Source of the DNA: Bdellovibrio sp.
Lineage (GTDB): Bacteria > Bdellovibrionota > Bdellovibrionia > Bdellovibrionales > Bdellovibrionaceae
Assembly (NCBI GenBank): GCA_036676395.1
Contig: JAKFCY010000002.1
Span: forward strand, 1,024,001 to 1,088,000
Direction of reading: 5' to 3'
Length of the DNA stretch: 64,000 bases
Part shown: one piece after another, positions 48,777 to 59,000 of the stretch
Layout of the letters: each line of letters opens with the position of its first letter
How positions within the stretch are numbered: the stretch's first letter is position 1
Position numbers and translations under genes: made by a program
Notes under the pieces: model-generated
What the model was told of the DNA's origin: nothing
Database searches by the model: none
What the model saw: the letters and a program-made list of their open reading frames with translations, nothing else

Positions 48777-49793
48777 CTAACTTAATAGTTTTTCTAAATG
48801 GGATTTGAATTCGATGGGTTTTTTGTGAATTTTTACCTGGTCGAAAACTTCTCGGGCTTTTGGTGAGGCTAATCTTAATTGGCTTAACCATTGTTTGGTG
48901 CGTGCTGTGGCGAAGTGATCATTTACATAGATGGTGCAAGCGTTGAAGAACGGTACGATTAAGGCTAGAGATTCCTCTTTGTTTGTAGAGAGGTTGTCAT
49001 TTGGAAATTCAGTTATCGCCTTAGCTGCTAAGTGGGCTTTTATATCTTTAAATATATATGGATTTCTTAGAGCCCCGCGGCCGATCATGAAATCTTGGCA
49101 GTCGGTTTCGGTTTTGCATTTTTCGAAATCGCCGATATTCCAGATTTCTCCGTTGGCGATGATTTTTACTTTTGTGGTCTGTTTGATTTTTGGAATCCAT
49201 TCCCAGTAGGCTGGTGGCTTGTAGCCGTCGGTTTTTGTTCGGCAATGAACTGTAACCCACGTTGCACCTGCGTCTTCGCAGGCTTTGACGTTATCTAAGC
49301 TTGCGCTTGGATCATCGAAGCCTAATCTTACTTTGGCGGTGACGGGTGTTGATAGCGGAACTGCTTTTCTAACTGTTTCTACGATTTTAAAAACTCGGTC
49401 GGTGCATTTTAGTAAACTGGCACCGCCGTCGTGGCGATTTACGGTTTTTGCTGGGCAGCCGAAATTGAGATCGATGCCTAGGGCTCCCATTTCATGGGCG
49501 CGCAATGCGTTTTCGGCTAAGGGGCCGGGTTGTCCGCCTAAGAGTTGCACGAATACGGGAGTTCCGCTTCTGGTTTTTGAACCCGTGGCTAATTCTGGAC
49601 AATTGCGTTCGAAAACTTTGTACGGGTGAAGCTTGTCGGTGACGCGTAGAAATTCGGTCACGCATTGATCGATGCCGCCAAGACTAGTTAGTAAATCACG
49701 CATGGCCCAATCAGTTACACCTTCCATCGGAGCGAGAAAAAGTTTTGCTGGGGCGGTGCCCTGATTTTGACTAGGTGACATGTTAAGCGACAT
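48777..49793 (-). CDS. tRNA-dihydrouridine synthase (DusC-like)
   Basis: LAPMEGV, DLNFGCPAK.V, VTAKVRLG, ANGEI, MIGRG. Confidence 0.92.
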   Translation of the reverse strand: MSLNMSPSQNQGTAPAKLFLAPMEGVTDWAMRDLLTSLGGIDQCVTEFLRVTDKLHPYKVFERNCPELATGSKTRSGTPVFVQLLGGQPGPLAENALRAHEMGALGIDLNFGCPAKTVNRHDGGASLLKCTDRVFKIVETVRKAVPLSTPVTAKVRLGFDDPSASLDNVKACEDAGATWVTVHCRTKTDGYKPPAYWEWIPKIKQTTKVKIIANGEIWNIGDFEKCKTETDCQDFMIGRGALRNPYIFKDIKAHLAAKAITEFPNDNLSTNKEESLALIVPFFNACTIYVNDHFATARTKQWLSQLRLASPKAREVFDQVKIHKKPIEFKSHLEKLLS

Positions 49794-49807
49794 GCCTTAG
49801 GTAATAG

Positions 49808-50260
49808 CTATTTTTGTCCGAGTTTGCAAATGTGTTCGAATTCGGCTTTGGTCACAGGGCTTACAGAAAGTCGGCCTTGCTTGAGTAAAATCATCTCTTT
49901 TAGCTTAGGGTCGTGTTTAATTTGATCTAAGCTTATGAGCTGCTTAAAAGTGCTGTGATATTTAATTTCAGTGCAAAACCAGATTGGTTTTTCTTTGGTA
50001 GCTTTTTCAGCGTAGTATTCTGATTTTTTATCAAATTGGAGTTTATCTGGTTGGGCTAACTGGCTGACCTCGGCGATGCCGATGACTCCAGAAGGCTCTG
50101 CATTTGAGTGATAAAATAGAACTTGATCGCCAATTTCCATGCTTTGCATGAAATTGCGAGCCGTGTAGTTACGCACACCTGTCCACCAAGTGGTTTTGTC
50201 TTTTTTTAGATGCTCAATCGAGAATACATCAGGTTCTGATTTCATTAGCCAATACTTCAT
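49808..50260 (-). CDS. EVE-domain protein
   Basis: YWLMKSEP, GVRNY.ARN, FYHS, RLSV.PV. Confidence 0.92.
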   Translation of the reverse strand: MKYWLMKSEPDVFSIEHLKKDKTTWWTGVRNYTARNFMQSMEIGDQVLFYHSNAEPSGVIGIAEVSQLAQPDKLQFDKKSEYYAEKATKEKPIWFCTEIKYHSTFKQLISLDQIKHDPKLKEMILLKQGRLSVSPVTKAEFEHICKLGQK

Positions 50261-50327
50261 AACTTTATTGCTAACACAGCTTATTGAAGATTTGCATCTT
50301 TAACTTCTTAGGTTAAGATTTTGGCTC

Positions 50328-51188
50328 ATGAAAAAAGCAGTAAAATCGACAAAAACTAATGTTAAATCAAAAGTGAAAACAAACGCTAATTATACTTTAA
50401 TTACCGGAGCTTCTTCGGGAATTGGTGAACAGCTTAGTTATCTATTAGCCAAAGAAAATAAATCTTTAGTGCTTGTGGCTCGTCGTTTAGAGCGCCTTAA
50501 AAAAATTCAGGCGCAATGTATGAAATTGGGCGCTGCTGATGTGCAAATTTTTTCTTGTGATGTTGCTGATAAAAAATCTGTTTTATTAGCTGCTAAGAAA
50601 ATTAAATCTACTGTCGTGAATAAAAAATCTCTTCAGGTGGGTACACTGATTAACAATGCGGGTTTAGCTGCGGGCACAGAATTAGTGCAAGCTGCTAAAA
50701 CGCGTGATTGGGATCAGATGATTGATACCAATGTAAAAGGCCTGTTGTGGCTTACGCGTGAATTTTTTGATTCAATAATTTCTGAGCAAGGTCATATTGT
50801 GAACATGGGTTCAGTGGCTGGTCGCCTAGTTTATGAAGGTGGCGCCGTGTACTGTGCAAGCAAATTTGCGGTGCGTGCTTTATCTGAAGGCTTTCGTATG
50901 GACCTTAAAGGCACGGGTGTGCGAGTGACAAACATCGAGCCGGGAATGGTGAACAGTGAATTTAGTCTAGTTCGCTTAGGAAATCAGCAAAAAGCCGATG
51001 CGATTTACTCTGAAATGTCGCCGCTGAGCCCCTTGGACATCGCGCAAAATATTTTGTGGTGTTTGAGTCAACCTGCGCATGTTAATATTCAAGAGCTTGT
51101 TATTTATCCGACCGATCAGGCCAGCGTTGGCCAAGTAGTTCGCGGTGAGAAAAGTATTAAGAATTTAAAGTCTAAAATTAAAATCTAA
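50328..51188 (+). CDS. SDR oxidoreductase (YdfG-like)
   Basis: TGASSGIG, NNAG, YCASK, IEPG. Confidence 0.9.
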   Translation: MKKAVKSTKTNVKSKVKTNANYTLITGASSGIGEQLSYLLAKENKSLVLVARRLERLKKIQAQCMKLGAADVQIFSCDVADKKSVLLAAKKIKSTVVNKKSLQVGTLINNAGLAAGTELVQAAKTRDWDQMIDTNVKGLLWLTREFFDSIISEQGHIVNMGSVAGRLVYEGGAVYCASKFAVRALSEGFRMDLKGTGVRVTNIEPGMVNSEFSLVRLGNQQKADAIYSEMSPLSPLDIAQNILWCLSQPAHVNIQELVIYPTDQASVGQVVRGEKSIKNLKSKIKI

Positions 51189-51200
51189 AAGGAAATAGTT

Positions 51201-52595
51201 ATGAGCGAATTTCGTATTGAAAAAGACACTATGGGTGATGTTAAAGTTCCGGCCACGGCGTTGTGGGGCGCCCAAACTCAACGTTCAACTGAAAATTTTA
51301 AAATCGGTGGCGATCGTTTTCCGCGAGAGATGATTAAAGCCCTAGGCGTTTTGAAAAAATGTGCGGCGATGACAAACGCTGATCTTGGATTATTAGATAA
51401 AGCCAAAGCAGAATTTATTATTAAAGCGGCTGATGAAGTCATTTCTGGAAAACTTGATGCGCACTTTCCATTAGTTGTTTGGCAAACTGGTTCAGGCACA
51501 CAAACAAATATGAACGCGAACGAAGTGATCGCCAATCGCGCGATGACGATGCAAAATTTGACTTTGCCAAATAAAGCGGTTCATCCAAATGATGACGTGA
51601 ATAAAGGTCAAAGTTCTAATGATACATTTCCGACAGCGATGCATATTGCAGTTGCTGATCAATTACATTCTCGACTTATTCCGATGATGCTAAAGCTTCA
51701 TAAGGCTTTAGAAACAAAGTCTGCTGAATTTAAAGATATCGTAAAAATTGGCCGTACTCACTTGATGGATGCTACTCCATTAACTTTAGGTCAGGAATTT
51801 TCTGGTTACACGACACAAATGAAAAATGGCGTTCAGCGTATCAAAAATACTTTACCGCATGTGCATGAATTAGCATTAGGTGGAACCGCAGTCGGTACGG
51901 GATTAAATACTCATATTGATTTTCCGAAAAAAGCTGCGGCAGCAATTGCGGCTGAAACGCATATTCCGTTTGTGACAGCTCCTAATAAATTTGAAGCATT
52001 AGCTTCGCATGATGCTTTAGTTGAATTGCATGGTGCTTTAAAAACTGTGGCTGTGTCATTGATGAAAATTGCCAATGACATTCGTTTGTTAGGATCTGGT
52101 CCGCGTTGTGGCTTTGGTGAATTAAATTTGCCAGAGAATGAACCAGGGTCTTCAATCATGCCTGGTAAAGTAAACCCAACACAATCTGAAGCAATGACGA
52201 TGGTGTGCGCTCAAGTTCTTGGCAACGATGTGGCTGTAAATGTTGGTGGAGCTACCGGACATTTTGAACTAAATGTTTTTAAACCAGTTATTGTGTTTAA
52301 CTGCTTAAACTCAATTCGTTTAATCGCGGATGCGTGCGAAAGTTTCACTGATCACTGTGTTGTTGGCATTACAGCAAACACAGCTCAGATTAAAAAACAC
52401 TTAGATAACTCTTTAATGTTAGTCACAGCACTTAATCCGCACATCGGTTATGACAACGCGGCAAAGATCGCCAAGACCGCACATAAAAACGGAACGACTT
52501 TAAAGGAAGAAGCTGTTAAGCTAGGGTTATTAACTGCCGAAAAATTCGATGAAGTTGTTCGTCCTGAAACAATGATTTCTCCACTCGGTAAATAG
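51201..52595 (+). CDS. fumC: class II fumarate hydratase
   Basis: [30 protein letters not shown]. Confidence 0.97.
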   Translation: MSEFRIEKDTMGDVKVPATALWGAQTQRSTENFKIGGDRFPREMIKALGVLKKCAAMTNADLGLLDKAKAEFIIKAADEVISGKLDAHFPLVVWQTGSGTQTNMNANEVIANRAMTMQNLTLPNKAVHPNDDVNKGQSSNDTFPTAMHIAVADQLHSRLIPMMLKLHKALETKSAEFKDIVKIGRTHLMDATPLTLGQEFSGYTTQMKNGVQRIKNTLPHVHELALGGTAVGTGLNTHIDFPKKAAAAIAAETHIPFVTAPNKFEALASHDALVELHGALKTVAVSLMKIANDIRLLGSGPRCGFGELNLPENEPGSSIMPGKVNPTQSEAMTMVCAQVLGNDVAVNVGGATGHFELNVFKPVIVFNCLNSIRLIADACESFTDHCVVGITANTAQIKKHLDNSLMLVTALNPHIGYDNAAKIAKTAHKNGTTLKEEAVKLGLLTAEKFDEVVRPETMISPLGK

Positions 52596-52619
52596 AACAG
52601 TCAAAAGTTAGGTAAATAA

Positions 52620-53498
52620 TTGAAGAAACTTAATCCGTTATTAGCAAAGTCGACATGGTTGGAATCTGGTGACATCAAACCTTATGTGTTTGTGCGCCCA
52701 GAAAATCAGATTGCTCAGCCGGGGACTCGTCATCATTTGGATTGGTTTATTCATGAACCTATTTATAAAAATCCGTTAAATTTAAATGAGCTTCCTTTTG
52801 CCGATGCGATTTATCAAATCGAGTGGAAGTCTTTTGGTAAACAAGACTTAGCGATTCCGCGTTGGGTATTTTATGACTGCGCGGCGATGCCTGGCTTTAT
52901 TGCCGGTTTTGCCGGTCGCACATCGAAATTACCAAAACAATTAGTTAAAGATCTTGGAATTCCAGAATCTGAAGAATGGTGTCCGTTATCTTTATTTATT
53001 ATTATTCCGACGATGCACAAAGGGGAGTGGGTGGCCTACGATCTTTGTTCGGTGAATTCATTTTTACCGAAAGAGCAGCAGTACCACGGCCTTGGCTTTT
53101 TATCTAAGGCGTTTGCTTTATGGTATGCCAACGTTGAGCAGTGCTCGGGCATGACCCAGTGGGGATCACCATCATTAAAATTACATTCACACTACGGCCA
53201 CTTAGAATTAATTGGTTCGTATGCTCCGCTACACACGCACGCAAAAACGATGACCTATCGTTGTGATGTGAATACCGATTGTTGGGAAAAGTTTTTTACT
53301 AAAGAAGAAGATATGGCATTTCTTGAAAAATGTGCCCCTTCTGGAAAAACGATTGATCCAAAAAGTGAACAGTCGATGATTGAAATGCAAAATTTAATAC
53401 AGCAAAATCTTGGCCCTTATTATTTAAGTGCTACCGAAATTGCTAAACAAGAATTAACAGCGCCTTTAACAGTGTATCATTTAAAGAAAGAACGCTAG
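52620..53498 (+). CDS. conserved-looking hypothetical protein, possible GNAT-like fold
   Basis: 292-aa ORF; QYHGLG..SKA segment resembles GNAT motif A. Confidence 0.6.
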   Translation: MKKLNPLLAKSTWLESGDIKPYVFVRPENQIAQPGTRHHLDWFIHEPIYKNPLNLNELPFADAIYQIEWKSFGKQDLAIPRWVFYDCAAMPGFIAGFAGRTSKLPKQLVKDLGIPESEEWCPLSLFIIIPTMHKGEWVAYDLCSVNSFLPKEQQYHGLGFLSKAFALWYANVEQCSGMTQWGSPSLKLHSHYGHLELIGSYAPLHTHAKTMTYRCDVNTDCWEKFFTKEEDMAFLEKCAPSGKTIDPKSEQSMIEMQNLIQQNLGPYYLSATEIAKQELTAPLTVYHLKKER

Positions 53499-53526
53499 GC
53501 TTTGCCTAGACAGAAGAGAGAAAATC

Positions 53527-53964
53527 ATGGCTGAATTAACGTTACCCGCAGTTGCTAAATCGTTCCACACTCATTGCAAAAAATGTGAAGGCGATCGTTA
53601 TCACATCGTTTTAGCTCACACATCTCCGACAAAAGCGAAAATCGAATGTGAAGTTTGTAAATCACGTAAAACGTACACATTGCCTAAAACGGGAAGCGCT
53701 TCTCCAAGTGCAGTTCGTTTAAGTGCTAAAGGTACAAAAGCTAAAGCTAACTCTGCAAAATCGCACACAGGCCAATACGAAGTTTATAATTCAAACCGTA
53801 TGGCTGATGAAGCGACTCCTTATTCAATCAAAGGCAGCTTTAAAGAAACACAAAAATTAAACCATGCTAAATTTGGTATTGGTTTTGTGACTAAAACTTA
53901 CGACGAAAAAATCGATGTGATTTTTTCTGACGAAGTTCGCACGTTAATGCAAAACCGCAAATAA
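53527..53964 (+). CDS. Zn-ribbon plus Tudor-like domain protein
   Basis: CKKC...CEVC; C-terminal HAKFGIGFV...IDVIF. Confidence 0.7.
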   Translation: MAELTLPAVAKSFHTHCKKCEGDRYHIVLAHTSPTKAKIECEVCKSRKTYTLPKTGSASPSAVRLSAKGTKAKANSAKSHTGQYEVYNSNRMADEATPYSIKGSFKETQKLNHAKFGIGFVTKTYDEKIDVIFSDEVRTLMQNRK

Positions 53965-53996
53965 TCTTACACTAATTATCAGTATAGTTATCTATC

Positions 53997-56006
53997 GTGA
54001 ATAAGTGGACCCAAGGACTCAATCCAGAGCAAGGCGATGCTGTGAACCATAATCACGGCCCGCTGCTTATTTTAGCCGGAGCCGGCTCGGGTAAGACTAC
54101 GGTTTTAGTTTCACGCACGGGGCGTTTGATCGACGAAAAAATCGCCAAAGCCGAAGAGATCTGCGTTTTAACTTTTACGAATAAGGCCGCGCGTGAATTA
54201 AAACACCGCGTGCAAGTTAAAGTCGGGATTAAATCAAAGGGGCTATGGGCTGGAACCTTTCATTCGTTTGGTTTACAGCTTTTGCGTAAAAATCATAAAC
54301 TGTGTGGTTTGCCAGCCCAGTTCGGTATTTTAGACCAATCTGATTCGCAGGCGGTTTTGAAAGACCTAGCTAAAAATCTGCGTAACACCACTAAAGATAA
54401 ATTCGATTTTTCAAAAGTCTTAGAACTAGTAAATCAACTGCGCGCTAAAAAAACTTTACCTGTTGAATTAGAAGAGTATCACGAAATGGCGATGGCTTTA
54501 ATGCCTGGCTATGAAAAAGAACTCTTACGATTAGGCGTGGTGGATTTTGAAGGTTTATTATTAGAACCTTTAAGATTATTTCAAAAACATCCTGAAGTTT
54601 TGGTGCAGACGCAAGAGCGCTTTAAGCAGATCATGGTCGATGAATTTCAAGATACGAATCAAGAGCAGATGAAATTAATTCGCGCGATTTCAGATTCGCA
54701 CACCAATCTTGCGGTCGTAGGTGATGATGACCAATCGATTTACGGTTGGCGTGGCGCCGAGATTCAGAATATTTTAAATTTTCCGAAAGAATTTAAAAAC
54801 TGCCAGGTGATTAAATTAGAGCGTAATTACCGGTCGAGCGAAAACATTTTAGATTTAGGCAATGCCGTTATCGCTAAAAATGCAAAACGTCATGGTAAAG
54901 TTTTACGTTCTGAAAAAGCCAAAAAAATTGAACACCAAAAACCAGAGGTCTTTGTTTTAGATAACGAAGATGACGAAGCCGACTTTGTTTGTCGCGAAAT
55001 TCAAACAATCAAAGCTGCCGGTGGTAAAAATCGTGATATCGCGATTTTATATCGATCTAACACGCAAGGTGCCTTTATCGAAACCAGTTTGCGCAAAGGC
55101 CAAATCCCTTACAGCATCACTGGTGGCACTTCGATCTTTGATCGTAAAGAAGCCAAAGACTGGTTAGCGTATTTAAAACAATCTTTAAACGATGATGAAG
55201 TTTCGTTTCGCCGGATCGTGAATCTACCGCCACGTGGTTTGGGTGAAAACACTTTAGATAAGCTGATGGCTTACGCTGAAGAAGTTGAGCTGAATTTGCC
55301 GCAAGCTTCGAAAAAATGGGATAAAGCGGGGCTTCCTGAAGATAAAGGTAAAATCTTAGATAATTTTAATGAATGGATGTGGACGTTTCCGCAACGTCTG
55401 TTAGATGACACTTCAATTGGTGAAACCATTTCTAAACGTTTTGAATTTCTGGTGCGTGAAATTGGTTACCGTGACCACATGATCAAAAACTCTGAAGGCA
55501 TGGCCTTTGATAAAAAATGGCAAGTCGTTGAGATCGTCGGCCGAATTTTAGAAAGTTATGTGGGGCGCCGTGAACCTTCGATTGGCACGCTGAAAGATTT
55601 CGTCGATAGCATGCAGCTTCGTGATGATGTCGGTAATGAAGAAGTAAAAGACGAAGTGCAGTTGATGACGTTTCATGCCTCGAAAGGTTTGGAATTTCCG
55701 AATGTCATTTTAGTGGGTGTTGAAGAAGATTTGCTTCCGCATAAACGTTTAGGCGGTGATATCGATGAAGAGCGCAGACTTTTTTACGTTGGCATCACGC
55801 GGGCGCAAGAAAAGCTGACTTTAAGCTATTGTCGTCAGCGAAAAAAGCAGGGTGTGGTTCGGCCGGTGTCGCCATCGCGGTTTTTACTAGAGGTAGATCA
55901 AAGTCTTGTTGTGTGTCACGAAATGGGAAACCGTCCCGTTTCGGCCGATGAGCGTGAAGATCTTGTTAAGAACTTTTTAGCTAAATTTGATTCTGCAAAA
56001 AAATAA
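53997..56006 (+). CDS. UvrD/Rep family SF1A helicase
   Basis: AGAGSGKT, VDEFQD, GDDDQSIYGWRGA, NYRS, TFHASKGLEF, EERRLFYVGITRA. Confidence 0.95.
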   Translation: MNKWTQGLNPEQGDAVNHNHGPLLILAGAGSGKTTVLVSRTGRLIDEKIAKAEEICVLTFTNKAARELKHRVQVKVGIKSKGLWAGTFHSFGLQLLRKNHKLCGLPAQFGILDQSDSQAVLKDLAKNLRNTTKDKFDFSKVLELVNQLRAKKTLPVELEEYHEMAMALMPGYEKELLRLGVVDFEGLLLEPLRLFQKHPEVLVQTQERFKQIMVDEFQDTNQEQMKLIRAISDSHTNLAVVGDDDQSIYGWRGAEIQNILNFPKEFKNCQVIKLERNYRSSENILDLGNAVIAKNAKRHGKVLRSEKAKKIEHQKPEVFVLDNEDDEADFVCREIQTIKAAGGKNRDIAILYRSNTQGAFIETSLRKGQIPYSITGGTSIFDRKEAKDWLAYLKQSLNDDEVSFRRIVNLPPRGLGENTLDKLMAYAEEVELNLPQASKKWDKAGLPEDKGKILDNFNEWMWTFPQRLLDDTSIGETISKRFEFLVREIGYRDHMIKNSEGMAFDKKWQVVEIVGRILESYVGRREPSIGTLKDFVDSMQLRDDVGNEEVKDEVQLMTFHASKGLEFPNVILVGVEEDLLPHKRLGGDIDEERRLFYVGITRAQEKLTLSYCRQRKKQGVVRPVSPSRFLLEVDQSLVVCHEMGNRPVSADEREDLVKNFLAKFDSAKK

Positions 56007-56014
56007 TAAGCCGT

Positions 56015-56087
56015 TGTTTCAGACTGATACGGTTTTGTAAACAAAGAGAATAATAATCCTTCAAAAATTGTCAAATATGCCGACAAG
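56015..56087 (+). promoter_or_regulatory. conserved upstream block of fibre gene 1
   Basis: TGTTTCA-N3-TGATACG, GTAAACAAA, TGTCAAATATGCCGACAAG; matches 63046-63119. Confidence 0.55.
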
Positions 56088-56093
56088 TTACCT

Positions 56094-59000
56094 GTGGTGA
56101 ACGTACGTTGGCAGATCAAAAATCTGAATCTTTTTGCAATCGTGTTTGTATTCATATTTATGAATACACTATCAGTTTTTGCCGCACCAAATCGCACAAC
56201 CTATCAAGCTAAAATTGTAAAACCAGATGGCTATCCCCTTGAATCTTCGAGTGTAAATTTTAAATTTACGATTTTAGATCCAACCGGAAGTTGTATTTTA
56301 TATGCTGAGACTTATTCTTCAGTGAATATGTCTACAACTGGCGGATTAATTTCTTTCTCATTAGGGTCTGGAGTTAAAACATATCCAGTATCAGCGACGA
56401 CTTTTGAACAGGTTTTTTCTAATATCACGCCGACGTTATCTTGTGATGCCGGTGGGCCTCCAAGTTATTCTCCGGCCAGCAGTGATGCGCGAAAAATCGT
56501 GATGCAGTTTCATGACGGCGCTGGTTGGCAAACCTTACCAGCGATGAGTATTAATGCTGTGCCCTATGCAATGTATGCCAGTGAAGCTTCTAGCTTGAAT
56601 GGTAAAACTGATGCTGACTTCGTTCAACTTGCAGCGATGCCAACGTGTTTAACGACAGAAGCGCTTCATTACAACGGCACTAGTTTTTCGTGCGTGAATA
56701 CAGCAAGTGTTTCTGCAGCGGCAGTGGTTTCTGCTTTAGGTTATACTCCGGCAGATGCGGTGAGTGTGACAGCGCTAAGCTCTTCGCTAGCGACAACAGA
56801 TTCGGCAGTGTCTGCTGTATCAGCTTCTGTTTTTTCAGTCGCCGCTAATGTCGCTTCAGTTTCTTCAAGTGTGTTTGCTGTTTCTTCGACGGTTTCATTA
56901 TTAGCTAATACAGTTTCTGCGATCACGTCTTCGCAATGGACATCCAGCGGAACAGCAGTTTATTACAATTCTGGAAATGTGGGAATCGGCACAGATAATC
57001 CCATCACCACGTTGGAAGTGAACGGAGCAATTACGGCGACGAATGGTGCGGGCACATTAAATTTACGTGCAGGTGCTGTGCAAGATCACACTTACATGCA
57101 ATTTTTTGCTCGCAGTGCCAGTCCAACAACGCGAACAGGTTATTTTGGCTATCCGTCAGTCGGCACGAATCAGCTGAATATCTTTAATGAAACTGCAACT
57201 GGTGCTATTGGATTTGGAACTAGTGGAACCTCTCGCATGGTGATTACTTCTGCCGGCAATGTCGGTATTGGTTTACTGGCTCCAGTAACTAAATTAGAAG
57301 TTTCTGGCGGTGTGCGAATCAGTATGGAAGCCGCAGCTTGTAGTGTAAGTTACGCCGGAACTTTACGTTATAATTCTGGCTTAGTCGAATATTGTAATGG
57401 CGCTTCATGGTCAGCATTTGGTGTAGCCGGTGCAGGAATTACTTTAGTTAATGGTTCATCTTCGGGCACACAAACTTTTGTAACAGGAATTAGCGGAACT
57501 AATTTTAATATTACGACAAATAACGGAGTTCACTCGTTTAATATTCCGTTAGCAGCATCAGCTTCTGTGACTGCAGGTTTGTTATCGAATGCAGATTATG
57601 TAACTTTTAATAATAAAGTAAGTGCAACTTCATCTTCAGTGATTTCTGCATTAGGCTATGCGCCAGCAAGTGCATCAACAGTGGCAACTGTTCAGGCAGA
57701 TATTAACTCAGTGTCTGCAGCGGTTGCTGCAACAAACACAAATGTTGCAGCAGTGTCTTCAACTGTGGCCGCATTGCAATCTTCTGTGACTTCATTATCT
57801 TCAAATACGGCGGCAAGTTTTGCGGCTATTACTTCTTCGCAATGGGTAACGAGTGGTTCAACGATTAATTATTCGGCAGGTAGTGTGGGTGTGGGTACTG
57901 CGGCTCCAGTGACTAAACTAGAGATCGCAGGTGGTGTTAAAATTAGTATGGAAGCCGCAACTTGTGCTGTAAGTTTTGCTGGTACTTTACGTTATAACTC
58001 GGGTTCAGTTGAATTTTGTAATGGCACGACTTGGGCCGCTTTCGGAGTTTCAACTTCAGGTTTAACTTCGTTAAATGGATCTAGTTCACAAACGCAAACT
58101 TTTGCAAACGGCGCAACAGGTACTCAGCCTGCATATGTTACGGCAAATGGAGTTCACATTTTAAATATTCCGTTAGCGGCCACTGGTTCTGTGACTGCGG
58201 GTTTATTATCAAATGTTGATTACGTTTCATTTTCAAATAAAGTAAATGCAACAAGTGCAGCTATTATTTCTGCTTTAGGTTATACTCCTGCAAATAATGC
58301 AGCTTCAGGCACTTATGCCGTTAAATCTAATAATTTATCTGATTTAACATCAGCAACCGTAGCGCGAACTAATTTAGGCTTAGGATCGATCTCTGTATTA
58401 AATTCGGTTGATCTAAGCGGATCACAAGCGACAGGAACTTTGGCAGCAGCAAGACTACCGGCATTTAGTGGTGATGCGACCAGTTCAGTAGGTTCTGCGA
58501 TTTTAACTTTAACTTCGGTTGGTTCAGGAGTAACAAGTGGATCGCAATACACGAAAGTCACTGTTGATGGCAAAGGCCGCGTAACAAGTGGCGCGCAGTT
58601 GTCTGTAACAGATGTAACAACCGCTTTAGGTTATACTCCGGCAAGTGCTTCGGCATCTACGCAGTGGGTAACCAGTGGTACTACTATCAATTATTCAGCT
58701 GGTAATGTCGGGATCGGCACAGCTGCTCCGCAGGGCCCGCTACATATTTTATCAAGTTCACCGAATGCCATTGTTTTAGAAAGATCGAATTCTAATAATT
58801 CGCATATTGAATATAAAAATACCGCAGGTAGTGTTTACGCGGGATTAAACTCTGGGGGCTCTTATGCCATCGGGCCAAATTTGAATTTATCATCAAGCCC
58901 TTTTCTTACAGTGACTAGTGCTACAGGTAATGTGGGGATTGGTATTGCATCACCGCAAGAGCAGCTGCATTTAAGCAGAGTTTTAAAATTTACGAATAGC

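Noticed and set aside
57262..58294. Diversity-generating retroelement TR/VR pair
   Set aside because: Both copies are in-frame coding, differences are not adenine-specific, and no reverse transcriptase is present
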